Shown here in pieces: positions 9,646 to 19,821 of a DNA stretch of 64,000 nucleotides (its first letter is position 1; every line of letters begins with the position of its first letter). The position numbers and the translations under genes are program-made. Origin of the DNA: a virus; IMG/VR virus record IMGVR_UViG_3300020048_000055, positions 44,877-108,876 of that record, one strand, 5' to 3'. Under the pieces are notes generated by a model that had not been told where the DNA came from, made no database searches, and was given only the letters and a program-made list of their open reading frames with translations.

Positions 9646-9670
9646 CTTTCTTAAGTGTTTTATTTATATT
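9642..9670 (+). promoter_or_regulatory. Sigma70-type promoter TTGACT-N17-TATATT
   Basis: Exact 17-nt spacer. ATG 9677 sits at the expected +1, suggesting a leaderless mRNA. Confidence 0.6.
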
Positions 9671-9676
9671 TTATAC

Positions 9677-9979
9677 ATGAAGAAAGAAACCATTGAAAAG
9701 ATTCGTGCTTACAGAACTGGAGTTCATCTCTCTCAGGAAACAAAAGAGAAAATAAGTAACACCAGCAAAAAAAGGGTGTTTACTGAAGAAACTCGCAATA
9801 AAATGACCCGTGGTAACATTGAAATCAATGGTAAACGGGTCATTTGTGTTGAAACGGGTAAAGAATATGAAAGCATTTCAGAAGCTTCCAGAGACATACA
9901 TACCGCCCCTATCTGTATTTCTCGGGTATGTAATGGAAAGAAAAACTCCATCCATGGACTGTCTTTCAGATTTTTATAA
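9677..9979 (+). CDS. NUMOD3 + NUMOD1/IENR1 DNA-binding protein (homing-endonuclease DNA-binding part, no nuclease domain)
   Basis: HLSQETKEKIS, FTEETRNKM, KRVICVETGKEYESISEASR, ISRVCNGK..S.HG..F.F. Confidence 0.75.
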   Translation: MKKETIEKIRAYRTGVHLSQETKEKISNTSKKRVFTEETRNKMTRGNIEINGKRVICVETGKEYESISEASRDIHTAPICISRVCNGKKNSIHGLSFRFL

Positions 9980-10396
9980 AACCTTTTTTTCATCACACAA
10001 AGAGATAAATTCTTTCACATCCTCGCTACTGTAATAGTCACTCCCATGAAAATACTCAAACATGGAGAGAAGATGCCTGCTGGTATAAGTTCTCATACAG
10101 GTACGATCAACATTGTGAATAGCATTCAAAAGATTTGCCAACGTACCTACAGGAATCGACATCCCATGCCCAGTCGGAAGACTTTCCTCGGCAAACAATA
10201 CATCTTCCATGAATGCTTGAGCTTCTTTACGGTACCCCTTAGAATTGATGGGTTCAGTGGAATTGATATGTTCCTCGATAAGCTTACACAACTCCTTCAC
10301 GCAAAAATCTTCATCCCGATTATTAAACCGATAATGAACCTCAAACAAAAAGTGATTGTAGGTAGCTTTTGCCATCTTAGTAATAATTGGATTCAT
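9974..10396 (-). CDS. Hypothetical early protein
   Basis: AAGGAG RBS, part of a co-directional cluster. Confidence 0.7.
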   Translation of the reverse strand: MNPIITKMAKATYNHFLFEVHYRFNNRDEDFCVKELCKLIEEHINSTEPINSKGYRKEAQAFMEDVLFAEESLPTGHGMSIPVGTLANLLNAIHNVDRTCMRTYTSRHLLSMFEYFHGSDYYSSEDVKEFISLCDEKKVL

Positions 10397-10406
10397 GTGT
10401 GGCTCC

Positions 10407-10688
10407 TTAAATTATGTCTACCAGAGGATACCCAATCTCTGTTCCTATCTTTTCGCAAAGTTCCAAAGCCGTATCATCATTTAAGTCCATTCCCAGAAAT
10501 TCGATAATAAGATATCCGAAATCCCCTGTTCTTTGGTTTTGAGAATCCCCCTGAAGGAATACTCGGTAGTTATCCTTGTTTAGGTGAAACCATCTTTTTA
10601 ATCTTAAATACAGTATAGGATTGTGTATCGACTGTATTTCATATGTATGACCACAAGCAGGGGTAGACATATATAAACCTTTAAGCAT
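10407..10688 (-). CDS. Hypothetical early protein
   Basis: GGAGG RBS, cluster context. Confidence 0.65.
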   Translation of the reverse strand: MLKGLYMSTPACGHTYEIQSIHNPILYLRLKRWFHLNKDNYRVFLQGDSQNQRTGDFGYLIIEFLGMDLNDDTALELCEKIGTEIGYPLVDII

Positions 10689-10699
10689 AATTATCCTCC

Positions 10700-11260
10700 T
10701 TAAAAATATGAAATATTGAGGTCTTCAACATCCACAATTCTTTCTTCATTTTCCGGTGTTTTCACACAGACCCTTTTAGAACACAGACTTTTTTTGTCAG
10801 GGTCGCAAACATATCCAACGGGTTGTCCCTGATAGGAGAGCTTGTGCTGAGAGGGAAGAATCTGACTGGTATAATGTACACTGTATGAAGGTGACATCTC
10901 CTGTTCAAAGAAGTCTGGGTTTACCATTTTAAGGTAACTATCTTCAACTTCTGAAAAGGAAAGAATAAATTTCCGGAGTTCATTGTAATCAGATGCAGAC
11001 TGAAAAGTGAATTCCATGTCGCTTTTTCTTGCTGATTGATTACTGCAACAGATGAAATTATCATCAAGAAAATACGCTTTCATTCCTACAAACTGATCGG
11101 TACATAACCACTTGGTAATGTAACATTCAGTAAGTCTTTTGAATCCTTCTTCATCGAATTCAAGGGTCTCGTAGATACCAAGTCTTTCTGCAATGGTATA
11201 GATGCAGGTTTCAGTACGGGGTTCATATTTTGCCCTTACGATGAGGTCTCTTATTTTCAT
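10700..11260 (-). CDS. Hypothetical early protein
   Basis: ORF track 10700..11272. The likely start is MKIRD after GGGAG, overlapping the upstream stop. Confidence 0.7.
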   Translation of the reverse strand: MKIRDLIVRAKYEPRTETCIYTIAERLGIYETLEFDEEGFKRLTECYITKWLCTDQFVGMKAYFLDDNFICCSNQSARKSDMEFTFQSASDYNELRKFILSFSEVEDSYLKMVNPDFFEQEMSPSYSVHYTSQILPSQHKLSYQGQPVGYVCDPDKKSLCSKRVCVKTPENEERIVDVEDLNISYF

Positions 11261-11475
11261 ACATACTCCCAATTACCGACTTGCTGTCGTTTGTAAATTT
11301 GCGATTGATGGTTTATGAAAAAGGTTGCATCGGAGTTTGTGCTTACGACCGATTTAAGTTCCCCGTTTTTCATCTTTTTGCTCACGGTGTCGATAATGTG
11401 GTCTGAATCAAACTCGATGACAAAAGTAACACCAGCTTTTCTCATGGTGCGTTTCACGTTGGTTTTAGTTTCCAT
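11257..11475 (-). CDS. Hypothetical early protein
   Basis: AAGGAG RBS, coupled to its neighbours. Confidence 0.65.
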   Translation of the reverse strand: METKTNVKRTMRKAGVTFVIEFDSDHIIDTVSKKMKNGELKSVVSTNSDATFFINHQSQIYKRQQVGNWEYV

Positions 11476-11807
11476 TAGAGTCTCCTTGCTAATATTTCGT
11501 TGGCTTCATCAAGATTCTGGCGGGATTTTTCAAGGAGTTTTTCCTGCCGTAGAACTTGAGAGTTGAAATACGCTACCTGAGCAAAATTGGCATTCTCTTT
11601 GTCATTAAAAATTGTGTTTAGAACATCCTGATCACTCAATAGAATTGAGGAGTTACCAATGCTTTCAATCAAGACTATTTCATGGTAGAAAGGTTCAGGG
11701 CTGAACTTGAATCGTTCCACGAAACGGCAAGGGAGAGCTTCTACGGGGTGTCCCATACCCATAAAGTTTGAATAATACTGAATTGTAGTGAAGTCGGTTA
11801 TATTCAT
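11475..11807 (-). CDS. Hypothetical early protein
   Basis: GAGG RBS, ATGA overlap. Confidence 0.65.
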   Translation of the reverse strand: MNITDFTTIQYYSNFMGMGHPVEALPCRFVERFKFSPEPFYHEIVLIESIGNSSILLSDQDVLNTIFNDKENANFAQVAYFNSQVLRQEKLLEKSRQNLDEANEILARRL

Positions 11808-11995
11808 TTTTTCACCTCAAATAGGGTGCATCCAAAGTCAGGGGCTGTAATGAGGTAAACTTCCATACCACTGTCGTCATGGGCAGTTGCATAAATATCA
11901 AATCCTGAAAGATTCAGGTTAAAAGACCATGCTCTTCCAACTTTATCACAACTTTTATCCTTCAACCAAAACTTACAATCCTTACAATGACCCAT
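11804..11995 (-). CDS. Small Cys-rich early protein
   Basis: CKDCKFW...C...T.PDFGC..F pattern, AAGGAG RBS. Confidence 0.7.
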   Translation of the reverse strand: MGHCKDCKFWLKDKSCDKVGRAWSFNLNLSGFDIYATAHDDSGMEVYLITAPDFGCTLFEVKK

Positions 11996-12023
11996 TTGTA
12001 TCTCCTTATTACCTTACATATAT

Positions 12024-12052
12024 AATATATAGGAGTTTTAATAAAAGTTCAA
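12024..12052 (-). promoter_or_regulatory. Sigma70-type early promoter TTGAAC-N17-TATATT
   Basis: Near-identical copy at 43215-43243, similar one at 61776-61804. Confidence 0.75.
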
Positions 12053-12070
12053 AACTTTTTACATCTAAAT

Positions 12071-12097
12071 AAAAAAAAGAGCCTTTCGGCTCTTTTT
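12071..12097 (-). terminator. Intrinsic terminator (AAAAAGAGCC-GAAA-GGCTCTTTTT)
   Basis: Perfect hairpin with U-tract after the protease gene. Confidence 0.85.
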
Positions 12098-12111
12098 ATC
12101 GTAAGTTTTGA

Positions 12112-14262
12112 TTATTTGAAGTCTTTTGGCATATTTTTCTGGAATCTTTCGTTCACAGAAGCAAGGTCAGAAATGTCTTCCCGTTCCTCAGAATACCCTG
12201 CATTTTCTAACATACGTTTTCTGTCAGAAGCTTTAACGGCGGTAGAGATACGAGCTTCCTCGGATACTCTGGCATCACCATCAATATTTCTCATATTCTT
12301 ATAGAAAGAAGCTTGTGCTTCACGAAGGGTTTTTGCTCCACGAATATGTTTTTCATAAGGAACAATAGCTTCACCATAGCGGTTATACAAATCACCCCAA
12401 TAGGATTCAATGTTAGCACCCTTATTTTCACGGAAGTTTACATACCCTGAAACACGGTCTTCAAATCTAGGTTCAACATGAGCATCTGGGATGCTGTCAA
12501 TCTCAACTTTTTCTTGAAGTGAAGCAAGGTTTCTCTTTGCAAGTTCAGCTTCGGTTTTGTAACGAGCTTCTTTAAGTTGAATTCTTGAAACAAGATTACT
12601 TAATTGCTTGTTTTCCTCATTGAGTGCAATAATACTCTCATTCAATTGATTTGAATTATCAGTAATTTCTATCAAGTTTTCAGTAAGTTTTGAAACTTCA
12701 ACGTTTAGTTTAGAGTTTGATTCCTTAAGAGTTTTAAGCTCTAATGCAGTTTCCTTACGGGATTCTCTGAGAGATTTCACTTCTCCTACCATAACTTTAA
12801 TATCAGCAGAAAGAGTATCTCTTTCTGTGAGCGTAGTAGTTAAGCGACTTTTAAGATTCTCATTTTTCTTTTCAAGAGAATTATTTCCAGAACTCAATTC
12901 TTTGTTTGTTGCGGTAACTTCTGCAAGGGTAGAACTTGTTTCCTCAAGCTTGGAAGTAAGTTCTTCAACTTTAGATTCTGAATAAACAGAAAGTTCATTC
13001 TTAGCTACTGTGGTTCTTTCAATTCTGCTCTCACGAAGTTTAATCTTTAAGTTCAACTTATTGTTTTCTTGCTTGAGTTCTTTGTTATGGGAAATAAGTG
13101 ATTCACAAAGTTCTTTATAGTTTACATTTTCTTCATTGAGATAATGAGCTTCCATAGCAACAGCTTTGGCACTCTCAGAAAATTCCTTTAATGATTCAAT
13201 ACCGAACTCTTCCTTGAACTCAACAGTTTCCTGAATCATAGTTTCAAGTTTAGTTCTTTCGTCGATAAGTTTTGTTTCAACAATCTTTTTAAGTTCAGGT
13301 GCGGCACCAATCTCGAAAGTGTGAAGAATTTCTGCAAGTTCTTTTAGTCTTTCTGAGGGGTTCTTAATTTCATCGGCTTCTTTCAAAAAGTTGTTTACAT
13401 ATTTAACAAATACTTTTTCCTCTATTTTGCTAAGACCAGAATCCTGTTCTGGTGCTACAACTGCATTTACGTCCATTATTTTTTCCTTTCCTTGAATAAT
13501 CTTTGATTTAGGTGCGCTTTCATGAAGCTGACCTGTTTGTTCACCAGTTCCTGCAACGGGTGTTGTCTTATTATATTCCATGTTCATTGCTGAGTTATCT
13601 CCAAATACTGCCTGTGAAGGATTCAATACTATGTCAGCAACACGTTCTATCTGATAAGTTCTTGGGTCAACTACTCTATCGCTTCTTACTTCACCGAAGC
13701 CTGAGGAACTGAAACCTACACGTCCACCACAATCAATAATTTCCTGTGCTAAATGTCCATAGGGTCCTACGAAAGTACCTATACCATATACAACACCGTC
13801 TTTACCAATTTCCATATCCAACCAAACAATTGAGGAATCCTTAAAGTAACCGGGTGAGTCACCTTCTGGATGATCACATAATCCACAGAGACCTTTCCAT
13901 ACATCACTCTGTTTCGTTACTACATTTTCCCAAAGTTCTTCTGTGTAAAGCCGATTATTTGCGTTTACATTGCCATAACGCCCAACTGGAAACTTATAAT
14001 ACTTACGTTCATTTGATTGAACGTTTGCTTCTTTTAAGTTTTTAAGTACCCTATCAAGAATGTCCGAGTTTACACTCTCCTGAAGTCTTAAAGATTCTAG
14101 ATCTTTAATTAAATCATTGGCAGTTTCTTTGGTACTTTCATACAATCGAGGACCAGCTTTTATAAAGCCTTCCTTTAATGATTCTGTTATTTCATCATTA
14201 CTTAACCGAATGTAAGTGTCGTTTGGCGTACAGATTGTTTCCGTCAATCTCATTAATGCCAT
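12112..14262 (-). CDS. Prohead core protease (T4 gp21-like, S77) fused to a long coiled-coil scaffold
   Basis: NANNRLY, GLCDHPE, GPYG, VGFSSSGFG, DIVLNPS motifs, followed by about 450 aa of coiled coil rich in LxE sites. Confidence 0.85.
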   Translation of the reverse strand: MALMRLTETICTPNDTYIRLSNDEITESLKEGFIKAGPRLYESTKETANDLIKDLESLRLQESVNSDILDRVLKNLKEANVQSNERKYYKFPVGRYGNVNANNRLYTEELWENVVTKQSDVWKGLCGLCDHPEGDSPGYFKDSSIVWLDMEIGKDGVVYGIGTFVGPYGHLAQEIIDCGGRVGFSSSGFGEVRSDRVVDPRTYQIERVADIVLNPSQAVFGDNSAMNMEYNKTTPVAGTGEQTGQLHESAPKSKIIQGKEKIMDVNAVVAPEQDSGLSKIEEKVFVKYVNNFLKEADEIKNPSERLKELAEILHTFEIGAAPELKKIVETKLIDERTKLETMIQETVEFKEEFGIESLKEFSESAKAVAMEAHYLNEENVNYKELCESLISHNKELKQENNKLNLKIKLRESRIERTTVAKNELSVYSESKVEELTSKLEETSSTLAEVTATNKELSSGNNSLEKKNENLKSRLTTTLTERDTLSADIKVMVGEVKSLRESRKETALELKTLKESNSKLNVEVSKLTENLIEITDNSNQLNESIIALNEENKQLSNLVSRIQLKEARYKTEAELAKRNLASLQEKVEIDSIPDAHVEPRFEDRVSGYVNFRENKGANIESYWGDLYNRYGEAIVPYEKHIRGAKTLREAQASFYKNMRNIDGDARVSEEARISTAVKASDRKRMLENAGYSEEREDISDLASVNERFQKNMPKDFK

Positions 14263-14359
14263 TTCTGTTCTCCTATTTCATACGAAGTTCATTTAATTAC
14301 TTTTCACTTACGAAAGTAAACTTATACCTATTTAGTTCAACTTTAATAGAAAGACTAAA

Positions 14360-16213
14360 TTATCCAACTATTGTCCAACCCTTATTTGTTGCAATCAATC
14401 TATCCTCTACGGTTAATAAAGATGCCCCAAAATTTCCCGTAATAGTTATTGTTTGTCCAGTGACTGGAGAAAACAAATTAGTAAAAATATCAACCAATGC
14501 ACTCTTACTCAAATTACAACTTGCATAGGAAATTGTTGTTTGCGTATTTAGTAAAGTTGCTTTCCCCAATGCAGTACAACCACCAAACATCTGAGAAAAG
14601 TTTGTCACTAAACTTGTATTAAGAAGTGGAATCGTTTGTAAGGCAGTACAATTATAAAACATCTGATAAAAGTTTGTACCTAAACTTGTATTAATAAGTG
14701 GAATTGTTTGCAATATAGTACAACTATAAAACATCTGAGAAAAGGTTGTACCTTTATTTGTATTAAGAAGTGGAATCGTTTGTAAGACAGTACAACCATA
14801 AAACATCTGAGAAAAATTTGTACCTAAATTTGTATCCAGAAGTGGAATCGTTTGTAAGGCAGTACAATTATTAAACATATAAGAAAAAATTGTACCTTTA
14901 CTTGTATTAATAAGTGGAATCGTTTGTAAGGCAGTACAACCAGAAAACATACCAGTAAAGGTTGTACCTAAATTTGTATCAAGAAGGGGAATAGTTTGTA
15001 ATATAGTACAACCATTAAACATATTAGAAAAGTTTATACCTAAACTTGTATTAATAAGTGGAATCGTTTGTAAGGCAGTACAATTATAAAACATATGAGA
15101 AAAATTTGTACCTGAAATTGTATCAATTAGTGGAATAGTTTGTAAGGAACTACAATTATTAAACATCTGGAAAAAGTTTGTACCTAAACTTGTATCAATT
15201 AGTGGAATAGTTTGTAAGGAACTACAACCATAAAACATAGAAGAAAAGGTTGTACCTAAACTTGTATCAAGAACCGGAATAGTTTGTAAGGAACTACAAC
15301 CATAAAACATAGAATTAAAAATTGTCCCTAAATTTGTATTAAGAAGGGGAATCGTTTGTAAGGAAGGACAACTCGCAATCATAGAAGAAAAGGTTGTACC
15401 TAAACTTGTATCAAGAAGCGGAATCGTTTTTAATGAAAAACAACTCGCAAACATATTAGAAAAGTCGGTACCTAAACTGGTATTTAGAAGTGGAATCGTT
15501 TGTAATGATTTACAATTATTAAACATCTGGAAAAAGTTTGTACCTAAACTTGTATCAAAAAGTGGAATCGTTTGTAAGGAAGAACAACCATTAAACATAG
15601 CAGAAAAGTTTGTAATATTATTTAAGCCTAAACTAAAGGATTCTAACAACTTTAAGTTTTGAACATTAAGTAGAGTAATTAAACTACCATTTCCAGAAAT
15701 GTCTAAAAAGGGATTATATTTATTTGGTGCTGAGGTGTGAAAGACCCCTAAGTTAACCGAAGTAAAATTAAAAGTTGCTTGAGGGGTAATCGTAATTAAT
15801 ACTTGCTTATAACCTAATGTTGACAGATTCGAGCAAGTTGCATAGTCATAACTATGTTCAGCTTTAATTCCTGCTACGAAGTTTTCGGAAACTCCATCAC
15901 CCCAGTCTACGGAATAATTTCCTGAGATTGTAACTGCAACGAAATTTGAGTCATGGTCGTAAACTGGATAGAGACCAATTACTTTTTGTTCAGATTCCAA
16001 AATTGTAGGAATTGTTAACCAATCAGCAGGTCTTTGGTAACTATTATAAACATCTAACCAATCAGCTTCGCTCCATTCTTTTGGAGCTGTTCCGTCATCA
16101 TATTTCATGAGAGGAACATAGTCTCTCAAGATGTCAGAGGTTGTACCTAATTTTGCTTTCATCAGATTTTTCGTTTCAGTCAAGTAATTTAATTTATTCA
16201 GTAATTCACTCAT
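14360..16213 (-). CDS. Variable LRR (BspA/DUF285-like) protein, copy 2 (complete)
   Basis: Constant N-terminus, DWGDG domain, 15 MFxxC units, C-cap ...IATNKGWTI. Confidence 0.9.
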   Translation of the reverse strand: MSELLNKLNYLTETKNLMKAKLGTTSDILRDYVPLMKYDDGTAPKEWSEADWLDVYNSYQRPADWLTIPTILESEQKVIGLYPVYDHDSNFVAVTISGNYSVDWGDGVSENFVAGIKAEHSYDYATCSNLSTLGYKQVLITITPQATFNFTSVNLGVFHTSAPNKYNPFLDISGNGSLITLLNVQNLKLLESFSLGLNNITNFSAMFNGCSSLQTIPLFDTSLGTNFFQMFNNCKSLQTIPLLNTSLGTDFSNMFASCFSLKTIPLLDTSLGTTFSSMIASCPSLQTIPLLNTNLGTIFNSMFYGCSSLQTIPVLDTSLGTTFSSMFYGCSSLQTIPLIDTSLGTNFFQMFNNCSSLQTIPLIDTISGTNFSHMFYNCTALQTIPLINTSLGINFSNMFNGCTILQTIPLLDTNLGTTFTGMFSGCTALQTIPLINTSKGTIFSYMFNNCTALQTIPLLDTNLGTNFSQMFYGCTVLQTIPLLNTNKGTTFSQMFYSCTILQTIPLINTSLGTNFYQMFYNCTALQTIPLLNTSLVTNFSQMFGGCTALGKATLLNTQTTISYASCNLSKSALVDIFTNLFSPVTGQTITITGNFGASLLTVEDRLIATNKGWTIVG

Positions 16214-16235
16214 TTGTATAGTTTCCTTTATAGTA

Positions 16236-16245
16236 TTTAATTAGT
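16236..16245 (-). promoter_or_regulatory. Putative late promoter ACTAATTAAA
   Basis: Motif shared upstream of most structural genes. An identical context occurs at 62740. Confidence 0.6.
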
Positions 16246-16253
16246 AAGAAAAT

Positions 16254-16283
16254 AAAAAAGGATACCCTTATTTAAGAGTATCC
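16254..16283 (-). terminator. Intrinsic terminator
   Basis: GGATACTCTTA...AAGGGTATCC hairpin plus T-tract, near-copy at 62701-62731. Confidence 0.75.
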
Positions 16284-16307
16284 CTCCTTTAGAAAGAAAA
16301 TAAAAAC

Positions 16308-18428
16308 TTAGAGATATTCTCCACCATCAATATCTGAGTATTGATTAAGTATTTCACCACTTGTTGCTGGCATTGTATTGGTTGAGGATACTAATGCATT
16401 AGCTTTTACAATGCTTGTTACAGCACCTTCGGCTAAATTTACTGTACCTTCAACTTTAATACCTGTAGCAGGGTCAGTACCTACCTGAACTCTTGATATA
16501 GGAGAATCAACGAATCCAGTTCCTTCCTTTACCGGAATATAATCCTCAGTAACGTTTGCAGTAACACTATCAATAACTGATTGGAGATCAGTATCTACGA
16601 TAAGGGTACCAGTAACAGAAGGGAGAGTAATAGTAATGTTAGAATTTTCGGCAGGGTTCTGAACGATGGTAGCTTTAGCTCCCGGTATAATTACCGTTCC
16701 ACCAAGAGTACCTACTTGGTCTATTACAACTACAGTATCAGCACCTGCAACGATTGTATTTACACCCTCTGTTTCTGCGGTGTAAGTGAACGTTCCATCA
16801 CCATTAATGGTAAGAAGGAAACCTGCAACTGCATCACCAAGGGCATAAGAGGCACCACCGTTTACGGTGAATGAACCAGTACCAGTTTCAGATACTGTGA
16901 AGATTGTAGAAGCAGGGGGGGTTACAATAGATGACTCAAGGCGTTGAATACCAAGATTTTTTCCACCATCAATTGAAACTGAAGTTGCATCTTCAATGAG
17001 AGAAGATTTGTTTACGTTGTTAAGAGTATCTGAAGCTTTGTAGATACGACCAACTTCGGAATTGGTATCAACATTTACAAGAGCTTTAGGGGCAGATACC
17101 AGTATGGTATTTCCACCTACAGGAGAAGATACCTCAACTGCACGACCATCACCAACAAACTCAGGAGAACCTTCATGAAGAACACCATCTGCAAGGATAC
17201 CTTTTAAGGTTGCTTCATTGCTAAGAACATTCCATACGGCACCGGAACCTGAGGAATATGATTCAACAATAAGCCAGTCACCATTATTAACACGGATTGC
17301 ACCTTCATCACCTTCAGAAACTATCGTACCCGTATTTGTAATGTAGAGGGTATCACCTGAGATAATCCAGTAATCACCTTTAATAAGGGTTTCGTTATTA
17401 TCATTTTCAGTGGAAGTATCGGAAACAGTTTTATCTGCGTCAGTAGGAAGAACTACTTTGCTTGTCCACATTCCCTGATATTCCATTGCACCAATAATGG
17501 TACTTGGAAGTTGGTCAAGATAAATCTTACCCATTCCATCAAGGTCAGCTTTTGTAGAGAATACTCTCTGAAGAACGTCTTGAAGAGAAGTGATAACGGA
17601 GTCACCTGCATTATATTCAGTGAAAGCGTCAGAACCTGCTCTACGAGTAAGGGCTTGAGTAAGAGTAATATCATTTGCATTTGACCCAAGGTCAACAACT
17701 TGATATTTCTTAATTATTGTTACACCAGCACCATTATCAATGGTATCTGAGGTACAAATTACAAGATTACCCTTTGAGATATATACTTGACCAGTAGATA
17801 CCCCTGCGGTAGCACCAGAGTCTCCAGTTATTTCACCAGAATCGGTATCTATAGCAGTTACGTTATTATTTTCTACATAGTAAAACTTACCAGGATAACA
17901 ATTAGCTTCAGAGGTGAAAACTCCACCGTACTCAAGCTTGTGTCTATCAAGGTCAACTATTGCTTTCTGAACATCGAGAGCATCAGAAAGAATACTTGTA
18001 CCCGCAGGATTGAAAGTTGTTTCAACAGCAGATCCACCAGAATTGTTTACTCTAATCCATTTCTTTGCAGAAGTTCCTAGATCATAGTTTTCTTTGTTGG
18101 CATCATTATATACATAGATAAGGAAGTCAGAAACTCTAGCATTAACTACTTTTCCCGTACCATCATCGGCAATAATGAAATCCGCTGTTACTTCATACAT
18201 ATCTCCATAGTTTGGAGTAGAAGGGAGTGCTGAGATGTCACCTACGAAGTTTAGGGTGTTTAATCCACCAAACTTAAAATGTTTTCCATCTGGGCCAAGA
18301 TTGGGGCCATCACCAATGTAAAGTTGTTTACTACCTTTATCAAAAAAGATTTCACCATTACCAAGACGACCCTCTGCCGTTATTTTACTTGCTAATGATC
18401 CACGAGAGACTCTAATTTTCTGTGCCAT
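16308..18428 (-). CDS. Tail fibre / virion structural protein
   Basis: N-terminal I.V.RG...GEIFFD...LYIG (Mtd-N/hyaluronidase-type fibre motif), KADLD..GKI...QLP, YQG.W, C-terminal IDGGEY. Confidence 0.65.
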   Translation of the reverse strand: MAQKIRVSRGSLASKITAEGRLGNGEIFFDKGSKQLYIGDGPNLGPDGKHFKFGGLNTLNFVGDISALPSTPNYGDMYEVTADFIIADDGTGKVVNARVSDFLIYVYNDANKENYDLGTSAKKWIRVNNSGGSAVETTFNPAGTSILSDALDVQKAIVDLDRHKLEYGGVFTSEANCYPGKFYYVENNNVTAIDTDSGEITGDSGATAGVSTGQVYISKGNLVICTSDTIDNGAGVTIIKKYQVVDLGSNANDITLTQALTRRAGSDAFTEYNAGDSVITSLQDVLQRVFSTKADLDGMGKIYLDQLPSTIIGAMEYQGMWTSKVVLPTDADKTVSDTSTENDNNETLIKGDYWIISGDTLYITNTGTIVSEGDEGAIRVNNGDWLIVESYSSGSGAVWNVLSNEATLKGILADGVLHEGSPEFVGDGRAVEVSSPVGGNTILVSAPKALVNVDTNSEVGRIYKASDTLNNVNKSSLIEDATSVSIDGGKNLGIQRLESSIVTPPASTIFTVSETGTGSFTVNGGASYALGDAVAGFLLTINGDGTFTYTAETEGVNTIVAGADTVVVIDQVGTLGGTVIIPGAKATIVQNPAENSNITITLPSVTGTLIVDTDLQSVIDSVTANVTEDYIPVKEGTGFVDSPISRVQVGTDPATGIKVEGTVNLAEGAVTSIVKANALVSSTNTMPATSGEILNQYSDIDGGEYL

Positions 18429-18479
18429 ATTTATTTCCTTTTATTTCTAAAAATTTAACTAAAAAAGTTATTTAAGTAA

Positions 18480-19778
18480 TTAGTTGATGTGTTTTCCATA
18501 AAGTATTACATCACCAAATTCACCTGCATATATTGCTATTTTCCTGTTAGAGAAAGAACTATCTAAATACCATCCATCAAAATATCCCCCTGAGTCTGAA
18601 ACTGGAGTCTGAAGTACAAGACCGCTAAGTGTTGTGTAACTTGCAGAAGATGCCCCACTCATTCCATTTAATATGTATGTGACAGTATATGTATTTAAGG
18701 AATACATAATATAATAATTAGTAGGTGAATAAATAATAGAAGAATACAAAGAACTTATTGAGGTTGAGTCGGCATTTCCCTCCTTAATTGAGTTTAATGT
18801 ATACCCATTATAAGTTTTAATTGTAAAATCTGTAGGAAGGATTTCATTGAAAAACTTTATTGGAAACGAAGTTTCTACAATGTTTCCATTGTTTGGGCCA
18901 CTCGAAAAGTCTGATGAAATTAATTCATAAACAGTTACCGTAAATAACTTCTTTGAAAATCTACCTGCAATAAAAGAATAATTAGGATTACTTAAACTTA
19001 AGGTTTCTTGTGTGTAAGGTTCGGTTAACTCATACCCCTCTATACTTATTCCTTCAAGTATTTGTTCGTAAGAGGTTTCTACCGAAATAGGTAAACTATT
19101 TATCACTACTTTAGTGAATCCCTCTATTGTATCGGAAGTTTCATCTAATTCGCACTGTAATCTTTGTAAAAGTTCAATAGTAACTGAACCCTCTAAATAT
19201 ACATATAGTTTTGTAGAAAGGAATATTCTATTTTCTAAACTTGAGAGAGATTCTCCATCTTCTCCTAAAAATAGCCCATTGAAAGAATACATACAATTTT
19301 CAAAAAGAATTATATCTCCTTCCAAAAAACAAATGGATGAACCCATTTCCGTTATTAGAGAACCCTTATTAACTAAAGACCCCTTTATAACTAAGGAGCT
19401 TCCTGAAAGTAAGGTAATTGTACCTATATTAATAAATTCTGAGTTTATTGTTAATTTTCCATTCCTTCCTAAAGTAATATCTCCGGTATTGGTATAAGAA
19501 TCATTGGTTATAAAGTTTCCAAATTCCCGAATTACAATCTTTCCTGAACTTACAAAAGGTACATTTATCTCTAAAACAGCATCATCATAAACTGTTAGCT
19601 CCCTAATTAAAGCTTCTTGAATAGAGTTTATTTCATCACTATTATAAAGGTCTATATATTTATAGGTATCGTTTGACATTTTTATAGCTTTAGAAACTCC
19701 CCCCATATGTTTTGAAAAACATATTAAATTATTCTCTCTTTCTGATCTAATTGGATGTGAGGCTCTTGGTAATTTCAT
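18480..19778 (-). CDS. Structural protein with C-terminal InlB B-repeat (Flg_new-like)
   Basis: YTVTY.LNG...L.TP....YFDGWY...GDV.LYGK. The N-terminus is paralogous to that of 19822..24897. Confidence 0.65.
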   Translation of the reverse strand: MKLPRASHPIRSERENNLICFSKHMGGVSKAIKMSNDTYKYIDLYNSDEINSIQEALIRELTVYDDAVLEINVPFVSSGKIVIREFGNFITNDSYTNTGDITLGRNGKLTINSEFINIGTITLLSGSSLVIKGSLVNKGSLITEMGSSICFLEGDIILFENCMYSFNGLFLGEDGESLSSLENRIFLSTKLYVYLEGSVTIELLQRLQCELDETSDTIEGFTKVVINSLPISVETSYEQILEGISIEGYELTEPYTQETLSLSNPNYSFIAGRFSKKLFTVTVYELISSDFSSGPNNGNIVETSFPIKFFNEILPTDFTIKTYNGYTLNSIKEGNADSTSISSLYSSIIYSPTNYYIMYSLNTYTVTYILNGMSGASSASYTTLSGLVLQTPVSDSGGYFDGWYLDSSFSNRKIAIYAGEFGDVILYGKHIN

Positions 19779-19821
19779 GTATATATTCTCCTACAAGCAT
19801 AATGCGTAATTATCGTGAACA

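Noticed and set aside
14360-16213. Diversity-generating retroelement explaining LRR variation
   Set aside because: No reverse transcriptase or non-coding template repeat in the window, and the differences are not confined to adenine positions. A remote DGR cannot be fully excluded.
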